Below are positions 1 through 10,118 of a stretch of 64,000 bases of DNA, in pieces (position 1 is the stretch's first letter; every line of letters starts with the position of its first letter). The position numbers and the translations under genes were made by a program. The stretch lies in IMG/VR virus record IMGVR_UViG_3300003322_000423, positions 34,590 to 98,589 of that record; one strand, 5' to 3'. This DNA comes from a virus. Under the pieces are notes generated by a model, which did no database searches, was not told the DNA's origin, and saw only the letters and a program-made list of their open reading frames with translations.

Positions 1-647
1 TCTCGGTTGTACCAGTCTGCATAGAGTCCCACGGCATCAAACGCGCGGACAAAAGACATAAAGTTGGGATCAGCTTTTGTATTTGAGGGTGGCTCTGTGC
101 CAACGTACTTACGCCATCCTGTATCTGAGTACACCATTAGCCGGACTTCTCCACCCTTCCTAAGAAGTTCGTGTGCCCGTTCCATTATGTCTCGTGCCCA
201 TTCTATATGGTGAAGAACCCCATTACAGTAAAACACATCGAAAGACCTTTTTCGTGCGTTTAAAAACGGAGCCTCTCCAGATACTAAATAAGTTTGAACA
301 GGGTTTTTCCCATAGAGACCTAGGACTCTTGTACCTAGTTTAAGATTGTCTGTGCTCAAGTCTGCCAAGGATACTCTATTACCTGCAAGGGCTAATTCTA
401 GAGAATCTACAGACATGCCGCAACCGAAGTCTAATATATCCTTGTCTGTTAAACTGTCCAGCCCCATGACTTCACGCCACAAGTTATTGTGGTTTCTCCA
501 ACCTGTATAGCGAGTCTCTCTCATGTTATCAACCATGATTTTAAAGTCTCGCTCTTCCATGTTCACCAACATAGAAGATCTGAAGTAGCCTACATCATCT
601 ACAGGCGGTGATGACCACTCATGAACATGTCTCTCCCAAGAACTCAT
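1..647 (-). CDS. class I SAM-dependent methyltransferase (runs off the window edge)
   Basis: Hand translation from ATG at 647 gives MSSWERHVHEWSSPP...ILDFGCG (motif I)...FDVFYCNGVLHH; ATGA overlap with the upstream gene. Confidence 0.85.
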   Translation of the reverse strand, partial: MSSWERHVHEWSSPPVDDVGYFRSSMLVNMEERDFKIMVDNMRETRYTGWRNHNNLWREVMGLDSLTDKDILDFGCGMSVDSLELALAGNRVSLADLSTDNLKLGTRVLGLYGKNPVQTYLVSGEAPFLNARKRSFDVFYCNGVLHHIEWARDIMERAHELLRKGGEVRLMVYSDTGWRKYVGTEPPSNTKADPNFMSFVRAFDAVGLYADWYNR

Positions 648-1285
648 AGATTTAGACCTCGTATCGTTTCCGTGTCTTTGTTTATCAAATTCTGAATCAT
701 GGGGCTGTAGTACGACTGAGTGGTGTAATTAGATTGCCCCTCGTTCCAGATAGAATCGTTGTTCTGCCCGGATAGATCATATCTTCTATGGTCTATGTAC
801 GCTGGGACAGACTGTATTGTGCCTGAGGCCCTCCCTATATCTTGCCAATACGTATCGCAGTGATTAGTGTATAAAGAAAAACCACCCACAGCATTTACAG
901 CTTTTCGGCGTACAGCCGGGAAACAGCATAAACCGGGAGAGTGTTGAGATTGCATATCTGCAACCATGACCGATGAATCAAGACCCTCTATAAGACGGTC
1001 CCAACCCACTGTGGTCATAATGGCGTCATCATTCCAAAGGAATAACCAGTCTCCGGTGGATCTTTCAGCTAATGCATTGTAATATAGATGTAAATTTCTG
1101 TACCCATATCGTTCTGGAGCGATCCAACAGGTGTTTGGATCTACTAGTCCTTCATATGTGTCTACGTCATCAGGGTCTAAACCTACACACACTTCAAATT
1201 GAGAGAGGGCTGTATTTCTTAAGGACGCTAAAGATTCTTGATATAAAGCGGGTCTACCACGAGTCGGAAGCAGAACTGAAATCAT
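644..1285 (-). CDS. GT-A fold glycosyltransferase (GT2-like)
   Basis: MISVLLPTRGR start, WLFLWNDD motif; ATGA coupling to the upstream gene. Confidence 0.8.
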   Translation of the reverse strand: MISVLLPTRGRPALYQESLASLRNTALSQFEVCVGLDPDDVDTYEGLVDPNTCWIAPERYGYRNLHLYYNALAERSTGDWLFLWNDDAIMTTVGWDRLIEGLDSSVMVADMQSQHSPGLCCFPAVRRKAVNAVGGFSLYTNHCDTYWQDIGRASGTIQSVPAYIDHRRYDLSGQNNDSIWNEGQSNYTTQSYYSPMIQNLINKDTETIRGLNL

Positions 1286-2298
1286 AATAACCACTCCGGG
1301 TGCTCTCTGGTCCAAAATACAGTCTTTGCTAGAGAGTCTTCAAAAGGCATAGGGTGATGCCAGTAAAGCTCTCTACGTATTTTGCTTCCGTCCAGCGCAT
1401 ATCTGAGGTCGTGACCCGGTCTGGACGAATGAAAATCCACCCGGTTTATAAGGGGCTGTACCCCAAGTATGTTAGCTATTATTTCCACCATTTCATCGTT
1501 GGCCACTTCCCTTTCACCAACGATGTTGTACCTGTCCGGCCGCTCAAATCCAGCTTTGTACTTAGCAGGTAAATGGTTGTTAGAAAGAGTCAGCCACGCA
1601 TCTGCTAAATTACGAGCATGCAAATAAAACCTAGAACCTGCCACACCTTCGGGACTTGCATGTACTTTAACAGATTTGCCAGCAAGTAGGTTTTTTATAA
1701 TCAATGGGATGAACTTTTCTGAAGACTGCATCTCTCCAAAAATGTTCATGGTGTTGGTGATGACAACAGGAATATCATACGTACGCCAGTAACTATATGC
1801 TATGGCTTCCTGAGCTGCCTTGCTGGCACTGTACGGGTTGGATGGTTGTATGGTAGACCATTCGGTGTGTTGTACACCTTCAGAAGCCGGACCGTATACT
1901 TCATCTGTAGACATTTGTAGAAACAAGGTAGGACCGACCTGACGGGCAAAGTCCAGAAGATTAGTCATAAGGGATACATTATTTTGAATGAATGGTCCGG
2001 GTTCGTATATAGACCGGTCCACGTGAGACTCTGAGGCTACATTCCAGATCTCATCTATACGGCCTATCCGGGAAGTAGTAGGCTGGTCTATGGGGGCTGT
2101 CAAATCCAGCATGATGACGGATACACGCCTTGCCCAATCTTCGTTACCTTCCAGGGCGGAGGCTATACGGTCGTTTTTACCCTGGTGTGTAAACGTTACA
2201 GGGCAAATCAGTTCCCAGTCGGTGTTTACCAGGACATGTCGCAAGACGTGGGAGCCTACGAATCCCCCGGCCCCTGTCAGGAAAATTCGTTTAGTCAC
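1282..2298 (-). CDS. dTDP-glucose 4,6-dehydratase-like extended SDR (RmlB family)
   Basis: TGAGGFVG, ASESHVDRS, STDEVYG, PYSASK, RPGHDLRY motifs. Confidence 0.9.
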   Translation of the reverse strand: MTKRIFLTGAGGFVGSHVLRHVLVNTDWELICPVTFTHQGKNDRIASALEGNEDWARRVSVIMLDLTAPIDQPTTSRIGRIDEIWNVASESHVDRSIYEPGPFIQNNVSLMTNLLDFARQVGPTLFLQMSTDEVYGPASEGVQHTEWSTIQPSNPYSASKAAQEAIAYSYWRTYDIPVVITNTMNIFGEMQSSEKFIPLIIKNLLAGKSVKVHASPEGVAGSRFYLHARNLADAWLTLSNNHLPAKYKAGFERPDRYNIVGEREVANDEMVEIIANILGVQPLINRVDFHSSRPGHDLRYALDGSKIRRELYWHHPMPFEDSLAKTVFWTREHPEWLL

Positions 2299-3319
2299 TG
2301 AAAAGTACCTTTTCCCACTCGCCTATGTGATCCTCTAGAATCTGAGTCCTGGCCCATGCCTTGGCATTCTGACCTATCTCATTTCTCATGGCCTCATCGT
2401 TGACAAGGGCATTAAGATACTTGGCCCATTCGTGGTCCCGCTTTACAAGGAATCCTGTCTCGCCGTGTTTAATAATACGAGCATAAGGGCCAGAGTCAGC
2501 GGCGACTGTAGGTATTCCGAGTGCAGAGTTTTCGAGGAATTTAAGATGAGACTTAGATTGATTGAAGAGGTGGTGCCGCAGGGGGATGACTCCGATGTCA
2601 TAATCAATCGCCTTCCAGTATTCTTCTACACTAGGAATCCAGCCAGCAGCGCTCACCTGGTCCACAGGAAGCCCTAATTGGACCTGGGCCTGAGCTAGGT
2701 GACCACCTATGAGACGGAACGGCATACCGCTACGCTTCAGGTATCGGGAGATATGTGGGCCGTCAGCAGCCCAGTCCATTCCATGTGTACCTGATCCACC
2801 CCAACCAATTGTGAGTTCATCCCTGTGCGGGCGCTCCCAGTCCAGCACCCACCTAGGGATGTAGTTTGGAACGACGTGAACGTTATCGTTCCACTTACCC
2901 AAAAGATCTGCCAGAGGCTCTGTAGAACATGTAACAGCGTCGGCTAGAGCAATGTTGCGCCGTAAATTGGACTGTACATTGTGACGGTGGCCCTCATCAT
3001 CTATACCATTGATGAACCAGCGGAAAGCATCCCCGTTTGTTACATCTATGTTCCATAGATCGTCGTCCAGCTCAAAAACCATACGAGGACGTTCCTTTTT
3101 TACTCCGATGTAAAACCAGAGATCCGATGGACCGTCCTTGCATACTCGCTGCCCTATTAAAGTTTTAGGGAGTTTACTTTCATCAGATGATAACTTGACA
3201 TCATGTCCGGTTACATAGCCTAGTTCGGAAGCCAGTGCGTCAAGAGGTTGCATTATACGTAGAGTGCCACACCCTGTCTTATCTGCTAACCAGCCGAATG
3301 CGTCGAGTTTTTCAGTCAT
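2291..3319 (-). CDS. GT-B glycosyltransferase (GT4/GT1-like)
   Basis: DIGVIPL...FNQSKSHLKFLE...GIPTVA...GETGFLV C-terminal GT-B motifs. Confidence 0.85.
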   Translation of the reverse strand: MTEKLDAFGWLADKTGCGTLRIMQPLDALASELGYVTGHDVKLSSDESKLPKTLIGQRVCKDGPSDLWFYIGVKKERPRMVFELDDDLWNIDVTNGDAFRWFINGIDDEGHRHNVQSNLRRNIALADAVTCSTEPLADLLGKWNDNVHVVPNYIPRWVLDWERPHRDELTIGWGGSGTHGMDWAADGPHISRYLKRSGMPFRLIGGHLAQAQVQLGLPVDQVSAAGWIPSVEEYWKAIDYDIGVIPLRHHLFNQSKSHLKFLENSALGIPTVAADSGPYARIIKHGETGFLVKRDHEWAKYLNALVNDEAMRNEIGQNAKAWARTQILEDHIGEWEKVLFSD

Positions 3320-3851
3320 TTAGAAGCCATTTCTGAAAGTGTTCATCTGAATATTCCTGACCAGGTTTCCAGTCTTTTAATCGGTCACGGTGGTATCGAA
3401 ACTTCTTAGACTCGACGTCATATACGTTGGGTAGAGTTTGTAAGAGATCGAAATTATAGGCGGAAATATCCCGGTCATGTCCTGCCCCTGCCCCAGACCT
3501 GATATTTTCCGGTATACCTCCCCATACCCCATAGCGCTCCTTGGAAGCGCATGCAAACTCAAGACATTGGAGACGGATCGGACAGTCAAAACAAACGTCA
3601 GCAGCGATAGCAGACGGCTTGGTATCTCCGGGACAGTGCCATAGATCTTTGGACAGCTCACCTGCTTTTACCTTCTTTGCGCATAGAGCTTCCGACCAAT
3701 CCACATCGACCGCAGAGCCTTTTATGAATCTCTCCATAAGTCTGGAGATTTCACGTTCAACTCTGCGGCGGTTTTCTTCTGGGCCTACGTATTCAACTAG
3801 GTCATCAAAGAATACGTCTTCCCCATACTCCAGCTCATCCCAATCTGACAT
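3312..3851 (-). CDS. whiB: WhiB-family Fe-S transcription factor
   Basis: W..ALC...CFDCPIRLQCLEFA...GVWGG; start placed at the TGATG overlap with the primase stop. Confidence 0.85.
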   Translation of the reverse strand: MSDWDELEYGEDVFFDDLVEYVGPEENRRRVEREISRLMERFIKGSAVDVDWSEALCAKKVKAGELSKDLWHCPGDTKPSAIAADVCFDCPIRLQCLEFACASKERYGVWGGIPENIRSGAGAGHDRDISAYNFDLLQTLPNVYDVESKKFRYHRDRLKDWKPGQEYSDEHFQKWLLND

Positions 3852-6241
3852 CAGATCCTCAGCATGTTCGTGATCTCGATATCCAGGAATGTCATACGTC
3901 CGCGTTCCATGTCCCAACGCCAGCGGTCCTTGTACTTGCCTTCACGCACATCGGTCCATATGGACTTGGACGACGGAGGACGACCGCTTGAATAATGATC
4001 GTCATACCAGTCGCGGAATGCCTTGTAGAGTACCGTTCCGTCTTTCTTGCCCCCCACAGATTCCTCTGTGCACTGGTTCATGAAGATAAGGAAAGGGTCG
4101 TTCTCTTCCAACATCATAATGGCATCGAGAGCCAGATCAATAGGCACATCGAGACCGTTTTCAAGATAGTCACGAGTACCCTCTAATATCCAGTTAAGGA
4201 TACCGGATGATTCTCTTTTGGTCAAGTAGTTGAATGGTGTCGAATGGTGGGGTGATGTAAATGAGTCCCATTGTTCTGAAGTAGGCTCCACAGACCATCT
4301 AACCGGTCGGAACCTTCTAACGATTGAACGATCTGTAGGCAAATCGGGCATGTGGTTGGTTCTAAAATGGAGAGTAAATTTTGGGGTGTATTCCCAGGGG
4401 TTGACATTCTTGGCCTCCGCCTTGATGGCACCACCACCAGTCACATCCTTTAGTAGGGCCGTGTCCATCTTCTGATTGTCATTCAGCTCGTCAACTAGGA
4501 CGATTCGTTTTCCTTCGAACGATGCGATGTCTGCCGGAATTCGGTTGCTGTTGCTCTTGCGTACGAACGAATCACGCTGACCGGTGGTAGAGTATTCCCC
4601 CAGTACATGAGCGCAACAATCCAGGAACACACCCTTACCGTTACCACCAGAACCAATATGAAGCGCGAAAATCTGGTCACGGACTTCTCCAATCATTGTA
4701 AGACCCATGAGCCGCTGTAGATACCTACGGTGCTCGGGATTGGGCTGAGTCATTTCCAGAAAACGTAGCCATTCCGGACATTGAGCTGTCGGGTCATAGG
4801 TCACGTTGGAAATGTTGGTACACATATAGGTGCGGTTGTGTGGGTGTAAAGCGCCTGTACGTATATCTACTACACCGTTTGCTACATTCAGAATATACGG
4901 GTCGATATCAAAATCGTCACCGGTTGTCCAGAGTGCCTCACGGCCCTTTAGAATCAAAGAGGTGGCAGTAATTTTTCCTGCAAATCGCTGCTTGGCTGAC
5001 CATTCGAGGAAGACTTGCCGATAAGTTTTCGGAGTTGATTTTGATTTGCTAAGCTCAGCAGGAGGGCAAGTGCCAGGGTTGTAAAACAAAGCTTCCGTGT
5101 TAGGGATTTTAGTGATGACATCTTCTACCAGACTTAGAATTCGGCCCTCTCGGGCTGGTACCCATTTCTTTTTGTCAAAGGTGTAAAACTTTTCCCGGTC
5201 GGGATCATAGCGAATGTCTGATCCTTTCCAGAACACGACCCGGTTGGCGTTACCGATGTCGTCCATCTGGAACGTCTCGATAATGTCTCTGTCATCTGAC
5301 AGGGCATCGTCTAGCGGATCGGGGTTTTCATCTGCTGCTCGTCGTCCGCTATCGATAGCCAGTATGGCTCGGTCACGGGGATGATGTCCGGCTGTTGCAG
5401 CGTCTTCCAGAAGTCTCTGGGCTTCGTCATCGTCCAAGACGCCATGGAAGCACAAAGAGAACAGAACACGTGCAGCCGTGTACAGATAAGTGTTCTGGTG
5501 CCCGTTGGGGGCTGTACGGATTTTTCCTGTCCAATAGTCGACAGTCTTTTGAATCTGTTCGCTAAGAGGTTCTGAAATGGCCTCGGGGTTGTAGTCCTGT
5601 CGCTCTACTTGACGAAGATTGCGGCTTCCCTCTGACCACTTGAACTGGGCCTGGTGATTGAAGATGGCGTCTCTGAGCCACTTAGGTGCAGGCTTGGCGT
5701 CTTGAGTATCTTCAAAATCATAACCAGGGGTTGGAGGGACAAGGTGGTATCCACCTTCACCTTTGATATCGATACCGGGCCATAGGCGCCCTGAAATAGC
5801 GTGAACATCAAAGTTAGGCAGTTCAAATATGAAGTGCTTGCCACCCGCAGGGGTGGTGTTGGTTTCCGTGTCCAGCGGGTCATCAGGGTACTGCTCTGAC
5901 AATTCTTGAAAAGACACATCCCCGCCATTACGGGGATCATAATCGAACACAAAAACCCCGCTGGTGCGGCCAGTGGCCACAGCGAGGTGCATATCTGGGG
6001 TTTCTCTAACCCACTGCTCTATGACACCTAAATCATCCGTAGCGGCGTAGAAGCCATGACAACGGGAGTACGGGTCATTCATGCATGCACAATTGGAGCG
6101 ATGTTCTGGAGAACTCTCTCCCCGGCAAGCGTCACAGTTGGGGAAGGGTATTTTGTTAGAGGAAATGCCGAAGACCTTACGCCCGCGAGCGATAAGGTCT
6201 CTAGCAGCCTCTACTAATGCTTCCTGGTAGTCACTACTCAC
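3851..6241 (-). CDS. bifunctional primase-polymerase fused to D5/SF3 helicase
   Basis: HGFYAAT, VFDYDPRNGG, TPAGGKHF, IDIKGEGGY; GSGGNGKG Walker A. Confidence 0.92.
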   Translation of the reverse strand: MSSDYQEALVEAARDLIARGRKVFGISSNKIPFPNCDACRGESSPEHRSNCACMNDPYSRCHGFYAATDDLGVIEQWVRETPDMHLAVATGRTSGVFVFDYDPRNGGDVSFQELSEQYPDDPLDTETNTTPAGGKHFIFELPNFDVHAISGRLWPGIDIKGEGGYHLVPPTPGYDFEDTQDAKPAPKWLRDAIFNHQAQFKWSEGSRNLRQVERQDYNPEAISEPLSEQIQKTVDYWTGKIRTAPNGHQNTYLYTAARVLFSLCFHGVLDDDEAQRLLEDAATAGHHPRDRAILAIDSGRRAADENPDPLDDALSDDRDIIETFQMDDIGNANRVVFWKGSDIRYDPDREKFYTFDKKKWVPAREGRILSLVEDVITKIPNTEALFYNPGTCPPAELSKSKSTPKTYRQVFLEWSAKQRFAGKITATSLILKGREALWTTGDDFDIDPYILNVANGVVDIRTGALHPHNRTYMCTNISNVTYDPTAQCPEWLRFLEMTQPNPEHRRYLQRLMGLTMIGEVRDQIFALHIGSGGNGKGVFLDCCAHVLGEYSTTGQRDSFVRKSNSNRIPADIASFEGKRIVLVDELNDNQKMDTALLKDVTGGGAIKAEAKNVNPWEYTPKFTLHFRTNHMPDLPTDRSIVRRFRPVRWSVEPTSEQWDSFTSPHHSTPFNYLTKRESSGILNWILEGTRDYLENGLDVPIDLALDAIMMLEENDPFLIFMNQCTEESVGGKKDGTVLYKAFRDWYDDHYSSGRPPSSKSIWTDVREGKYKDRWRWDMERGRMTFLDIEITNMLRI

Positions 6242-6287
6242 ACAACCAGCCTTTCAGAGTAGAGGCATTAATCAAGTCAGATGGATC

Positions 6288-6316
6288 ATCTTAGCATGGT
6301 TCCCGATAGTTTGCAA
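6288..6316 (-). promoter_or_regulatory. housekeeping-sigma promoter upstream of the primase gene
   Basis: TTGCAA-17 bp-TAAGAT. Confidence 0.55.
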
Positions 6317-6934
6317 CTAGAAGATTAAACACCAGTAACCGCCGTATCCACCTATACCCACTCTGTTTACACCTGTAGGAATCATGGAAGGGTCTGGCTG
6401 TCCGCTGGCTGACATGGAACACACCGGATCTCCGACAACTCCCCTAGCAGCCATCCTTTGGGCAGCAAGTACCGCTGTACGTGAGGTATACCACTCAGTG
6501 GTTGCACCTGTCGCACTCGCAGGAGGCGTGGTAGAGGTGGTCGGTACCGAAGTCGTAGGTGTCGATTTCGGGATTGCAGTCGGTACAGGCACCGCAGGCG
6601 TCCCAGTCTTCGGGGTCGACGGCGCCACAGGTTTCGGAGAGACAGGTGAAGTAGTAGGTGTCACAGACACAGGGCTCTTCGTGGGTTTCGGCTTGTGAGG
6701 CTTCTTCGTTGCTGATGGCTTCACCTGCTTGGGTAAAAGATCGTGAGGTATAAACGGATCAGGGGCCTGACCTGAATACGTCGGGCGTTCAGGTTTGTCC
6801 GCCTTGACCTGAACAGTAGCACCTGCTACCACAAACGCCAATAGGGACCCGGCAAATAGAACCAAGGTCCCTACTGCGGCTATGATCTTAGGAAAGACCT
6901 GGACCCGCAGTGGCTTGCGGTAATGTGGCTGCAT
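6317..6934 (-). CDS. membrane-anchored Pro/Thr-rich protein
   Basis: N-terminal hydrophobic helix, PTS-rich linker, small Cys-containing C-terminal domain. Confidence 0.65.
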   Translation of the reverse strand: MQPHYRKPLRVQVFPKIIAAVGTLVLFAGSLLAFVVAGATVQVKADKPERPTYSGQAPDPFIPHDLLPKQVKPSATKKPHKPKPTKSPVSVTPTTSPVSPKPVAPSTPKTGTPAVPVPTAIPKSTPTTSVPTTSTTPPASATGATTEWYTSRTAVLAAQRMAARGVVGDPVCSMSASGQPDPSMIPTGVNRVGIGGYGGYWCLIF

Positions 6935-7271
6935 AATTTATCACTACCGTGTCATCATTAGAGGTTATGAGAGATATCAAATCATCGGCCATCACATTGT
7001 TTCGGGAGTCTATTATCTCTCCGGTGAAAGACCCGGCTTCTTTGTGCATCTGAACAAACAAGGGTTTGGGGGCCGTCTTCAGCCATTGGACTATGTTGGT
7101 TCGCAGAGTGTATTCAGGGTCGGACTCGGAAAAGAAATCGCTTTCAGGTACTTCCACCCGAGCGAGTTTGAATGTCTGGGTCACTTTGATACCGAAGCCA
7201 AGATCGAGAATTGCTGTGACCGTGTTGGTGTTTAGAAGGCGGGTTACTTTTTCCACGCGATAATAGTACAT
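6888..7271 (-). CDS. thermonuclease-like protein, probably degenerate
   Basis: MYYYRV.KV.R...T....LDLGF...KLARV resembles the phage SNase N-terminus. Confidence 0.5.
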   Translation of the reverse strand: MYYYRVEKVTRLLNTNTVTAILDLGFGIKVTQTFKLARVEVPESDFFSESDPEYTLRTNIVQWLKTAPKPLFVQMHKEAGSFTGEIIDSRNNVMADDLISLITSNDDTVVINYAATLPQATAGPGLS

Positions 7272-7277
7272 AGTCGG

Positions 7278-7307
7278 ATTATACCTAAACAACAGGGTCC
7301 CAGTCAA
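7278..7307 (-). promoter_or_regulatory. promoter, probably for a leaderless mRNA
   Basis: TTGACT-18 bp-TATAAT-6 nt-ATG. Confidence 0.65.
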
Positions 7308-7322
7308 AGCGACTGGGACCCT
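7294..7322. terminator. hairpin terminator after the Rpf gene
   Basis: AGGGTCCCAGTC/GACTGGGACCCT 12-bp inverted repeat. Confidence 0.6.
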
Positions 7323-7337
7323 TCTATTCTTTATCTA

Positions 7338-8708
7338 TTACAGGGAAACACCCTTGCCTGCCATATAGCTGACAGGGTTGAGGAAGTTACCTACATAGAA
7401 CTGGGTGGCGTTGAAACGGATCTCGAAGTGCAAATGAGGACCACTTGCGTTACCTGTTGATCCCACCTTTCCTACTTCCTGTCCGGCTGCAACACTCTGG
7501 CCTTCTGAAACAGAACGGCTCTGAAGGTGAGCGTACAGCGCATACTTTCCATCCGGAAGCTTTATGGTCACATAGTTTCCATAGGCAGATCCGGCACCAC
7601 CTGAACCTGTATCGACAACAGTTCCGGCCGCAATCGCACGTGCGCTTGTACCCGCATTTGCGATCATGTCCAGTCCACTGTGGCCACCACAGCTACGGCT
7701 GATGCAACCACTTCCCACGATGATGTTGTCACCTAGATAATATGTTCCCTTTGCAAGGGGTGATACATAACCCTGAGAATTTGAAGGTGGTGTAGGTGTT
7801 GTAGGTGTTGTAGGTGTTGTAGGTGTTGTAGGAGTGCTAGGTGTTGATGACACACCTGAAACCACTAACACCGTACCCACTGTGATCTTGTCCGGGTTAG
7901 ACCCGATGACTGACTTATTGGTGTTGTACAGTGCCTGCCATCCACCAGAAACCTTAAGGTTTGTGGCGATGCTTGACAGAGTGTCCCCCTTCTTAACTGT
8001 GTACTTGACAACAGCACGAGGAAGGGTGAGCTTCTGTCCAGGATAGATCAGGTCAGGATTAGATCCAATTACGCCCTTGTTAGCGTTGTAGAGCGCCTGC
8101 CACCCGCCGTTCACCTTGTTGGCAACAGCAATAGCTGAAAGAGTGTCTCCGCTCTTCACAGTGTACTTTGTACCGCCGCTAGGGGTTGTAGGAGGTGTAG
8201 GTGTTACAGGGGGCTTGGGTGTACTTGGGGGGTTGGGTACGGTTGGAGTTGATGGTGTAGAAGCGTATGGATTAGGTCCACCACGGAACATGGAATCTGA
8301 GCTACTACGGAGAGGGTACCCCACCATAGAGTTACATGCCCACGCGTCTGGTCCCTGCATAGCTAGCAAAGCTTCCCCGGCTAAAATCTGCTGCTGCTTT
8401 GTAGCTGAACCTAGGTTATCCCAGCTAGGATAAGCTGAGGTGTCAAAACCTTTGTCTCTTAAATACTGAAGTGCTTCATTCCATGAAGCACGCTGAAACT
8501 GGAGACCACCCTTTGAGCGTCCGTTGTCTCCATAGTTGATGCTCCAGTTGCCGTTACTTTCACACTGGGCAATTCGGTCCCATTGGTTTACGGTTGCTGC
8601 GTTTGCCATTCCCGAACTGAGGACGGGAACAACCATAGCAGCACTCAATACGACCATAGTCGCAATTGCAGTGTTTACGCCCTTCTTGTTCTTGTTTTCC
8701 AATGACAT
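7338..8708 (-). CDS. secreted Rpf-type transglycosylase + 2 LysM + M23 peptidase
   Basis: Signal peptide; WDRIAQCESNGNW, GGLQF; two YTVK.GDTLS.IA LysM domains; HSGLD, YAHL, GPHLHFE. Confidence 0.92.
   Translation of the reverse strand: MSLENKNKKGVNTAIATMVVLSAAMVVPVLSSGMANAATVNQWDRIAQCESNGNWSINYGDNGRSKGGLQFQRASWNEALQYLRDKGFDTSAYPSWDNLGSATKQQQILAGEALLAMQGPDAWACNSMVGYPLRSSSDSMFRGGPNPYASTPSTPTVPNPPSTPKPPVTPTPPTTPSGGTKYTVKSGDTLSAIAVANKVNGGWQALYNANKGVIGSNPDLIYPGQKLTLPRAVVKYTVKKGDTLSSIATNLKVSGGWQALYNTNKSVIGSNPDKITVGTVLVVSGVSSTPSTPTTPTTPTTPTTPTPPSNSQGYVSPLAKGTYYLGDNIIVGSGCISRSCGGHSGLDMIANAGTSARAIAAGTVVDTGSGGAGSAYGNYVTIKLPDGKYALYAHLQSRSVSEGQSVAAGQEVGKVGSTGNASGPHLHFEIRFNATQFYVGNFLNPVSYMAGKGVSL
7789..7835. 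repeat. 9-bp tandem repeats encoding a PTT linker
   Basis: (ggtgttgta)n. Confidence 0.7.
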
Positions 8709-8877
8709 TTTACTCGCATCCCTTGGGGTTTAGGGAGCTGACATGCCCTCCAAAGGCAACTCACTAGATATTGTTTAAACGTGAAGGACCATTATACCAT
8801 TCTTTAGACATCTCTTAACTACTAGCTCAAAGTGATCAGTTGTAAAAGCCAGGCACCCCGTTTTGGATGCCTGGCAC

Positions 8878-9396
8878 TTAATCTTCCCACCCTGGAACTA
8901 CAAATACATAGATTCCTAGATCTTGCCATAGACGAACAATACTTGGGTTGTCGTCTATGGCATAAACGACCTTCCATCTGTTTCTATCTTGTATCTCTTT
9001 GTATATGTCTCTCTTTACATCTACGTCAGCCCTGTAATCCTTTTCTTTTCTCATGAAAAGCTCGGTACAGGGAACTGCGTATTTTTCCAGCCACTTTTCA
9101 GTGGTCTTTCTGTAAGGTTCTCCACGAGCTGTGACAATTAGAATATCACAACGTTCCATGGACCAGAAAGAATGTACCTTGTCCAGGGTGGACCAGATGG
9201 CAGGACAGTCAATACTTTCTTTGTGGAAAGCATCAAAGTTCTTTTTGGTGTATGTGCCGTCAGGTTTCAACGCTTTTCTAACATGATGCCGAATAGAGGA
9301 TACGTTGACCAACGTACCGTCCACATCGACAATGACAGCTTTTTTCAAGCCCTCTTTCAAAACGATCCCCACTGCCGTTTCCGTCTCTTTCCCCAT
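8878..9396 (-). CDS. HAD phosphatase (polynucleotide kinase/phosphatase-like domain)
   Basis: VDVDGTL, VTAR, LFMR..D.R.D..VK, IDD. Confidence 0.85.
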   Translation of the reverse strand: MGKETETAVGIVLKEGLKKAVIVDVDGTLVNVSSIRHHVRKALKPDGTYTKKNFDAFHKESIDCPAIWSTLDKVHSFWSMERCDILIVTARGEPYRKTTEKWLEKYAVPCTELFMRKEKDYRADVDVKRDIYKEIQDRNRWKVVYAIDDNPSIVRLWQDLGIYVFVVPGWED

Positions 9397-9578
9397 TTAC
9401 CGCAGCAGAAGCAATGGGATTTCAGTTTGACATCTCGCCACTGCACATCACATTTATGGCACATGAAATCACGTAACCGTCCGTCTTCTACTTCTTTCGG
9501 TTCCTTAACCGCTTTAGGTTCTATCACAAGTGGTGCACTAGGTATACCTAAGAGTGTCTGAATATAGGCTCCATACAT
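9357..9578 (-). CDS. small Cys-rich hypothetical protein
   Basis: CxxC pairs; preceded by TTGACT-17-TAGGGT-6 nt-ATG. Confidence 0.6.
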   Translation of the reverse strand: MYGAYIQTLLGIPSAPLVIEPKAVKEPKEVEDGRLRDFMCHKCDVQWRDVKLKSHCFCCGKWGKRRKRQWGSF

Positions 9579-9671
9579 CCTTCTACCCTACACTGTTTAG
9601 ACTATACAGTCAAGACCCTAGCTGGTATAATCAATATCTGACTGTCTCCTGACCTTCGAACGGACTGATCC

Positions 9672-10118
9672 ATGGGTGAGCCTTACTTTATACCTGGCGC
9701 AAAAAGAATAGCGGCTGCCCTGAAACTAGCAGGGTTCAAGGACTCTGAACTAGTCACCATGGTGGCCATCCACGGACAGGAAACCTCCGGAAACGTCTGG
9801 GTCAAGGGTGGTCCTAACAAGGATGGTACTTACGACTTTGGAGCCTTCCAGATCAACTCTAACAGCCCCGACGGTCCGCAGAACTGGAAAGACTACTGCC
9901 AGAATGCCAAGTACGCTAGGGATATCTATCTGCGCCAGGGTTACAAAGCCTGGTATGCATATGCTAAAGGTCGCTTGACCAACAAGCCAGGTTTTGTAAA
10001 GCACAGTAATTGGAATTGGCTGGACTGGGCACAAGATGGTGTGAACCAGATGAATGCTGACCTCAAGCGAGGCTACAGCTTAGAGCGTATAGCGTCATTC
10101 TATGGTCTGGAAGGTTAA
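9672..10118 (+). CDS. lysozyme-like/transglycosylase protein
   Basis: AGF......MVAI...ETSGN...N.DGT.D.G.FQIN...QG.KAW. Confidence 0.75.
   Translation: MGEPYFIPGAKRIAAALKLAGFKDSELVTMVAIHGQETSGNVWVKGGPNKDGTYDFGAFQINSNSPDGPQNWKDYCQNAKYARDIYLRQGYKAWYAYAKGRLTNKPGFVKHSNWNWLDWAQDGVNQMNADLKRGYSLERIASFYGLEG

Noticed and set aside
8709-8800. c-di-AMP (ydaO) riboswitch upstream of the rpf gene
   Set aside because: The leader is short and lacks the conserved ydaO segments.
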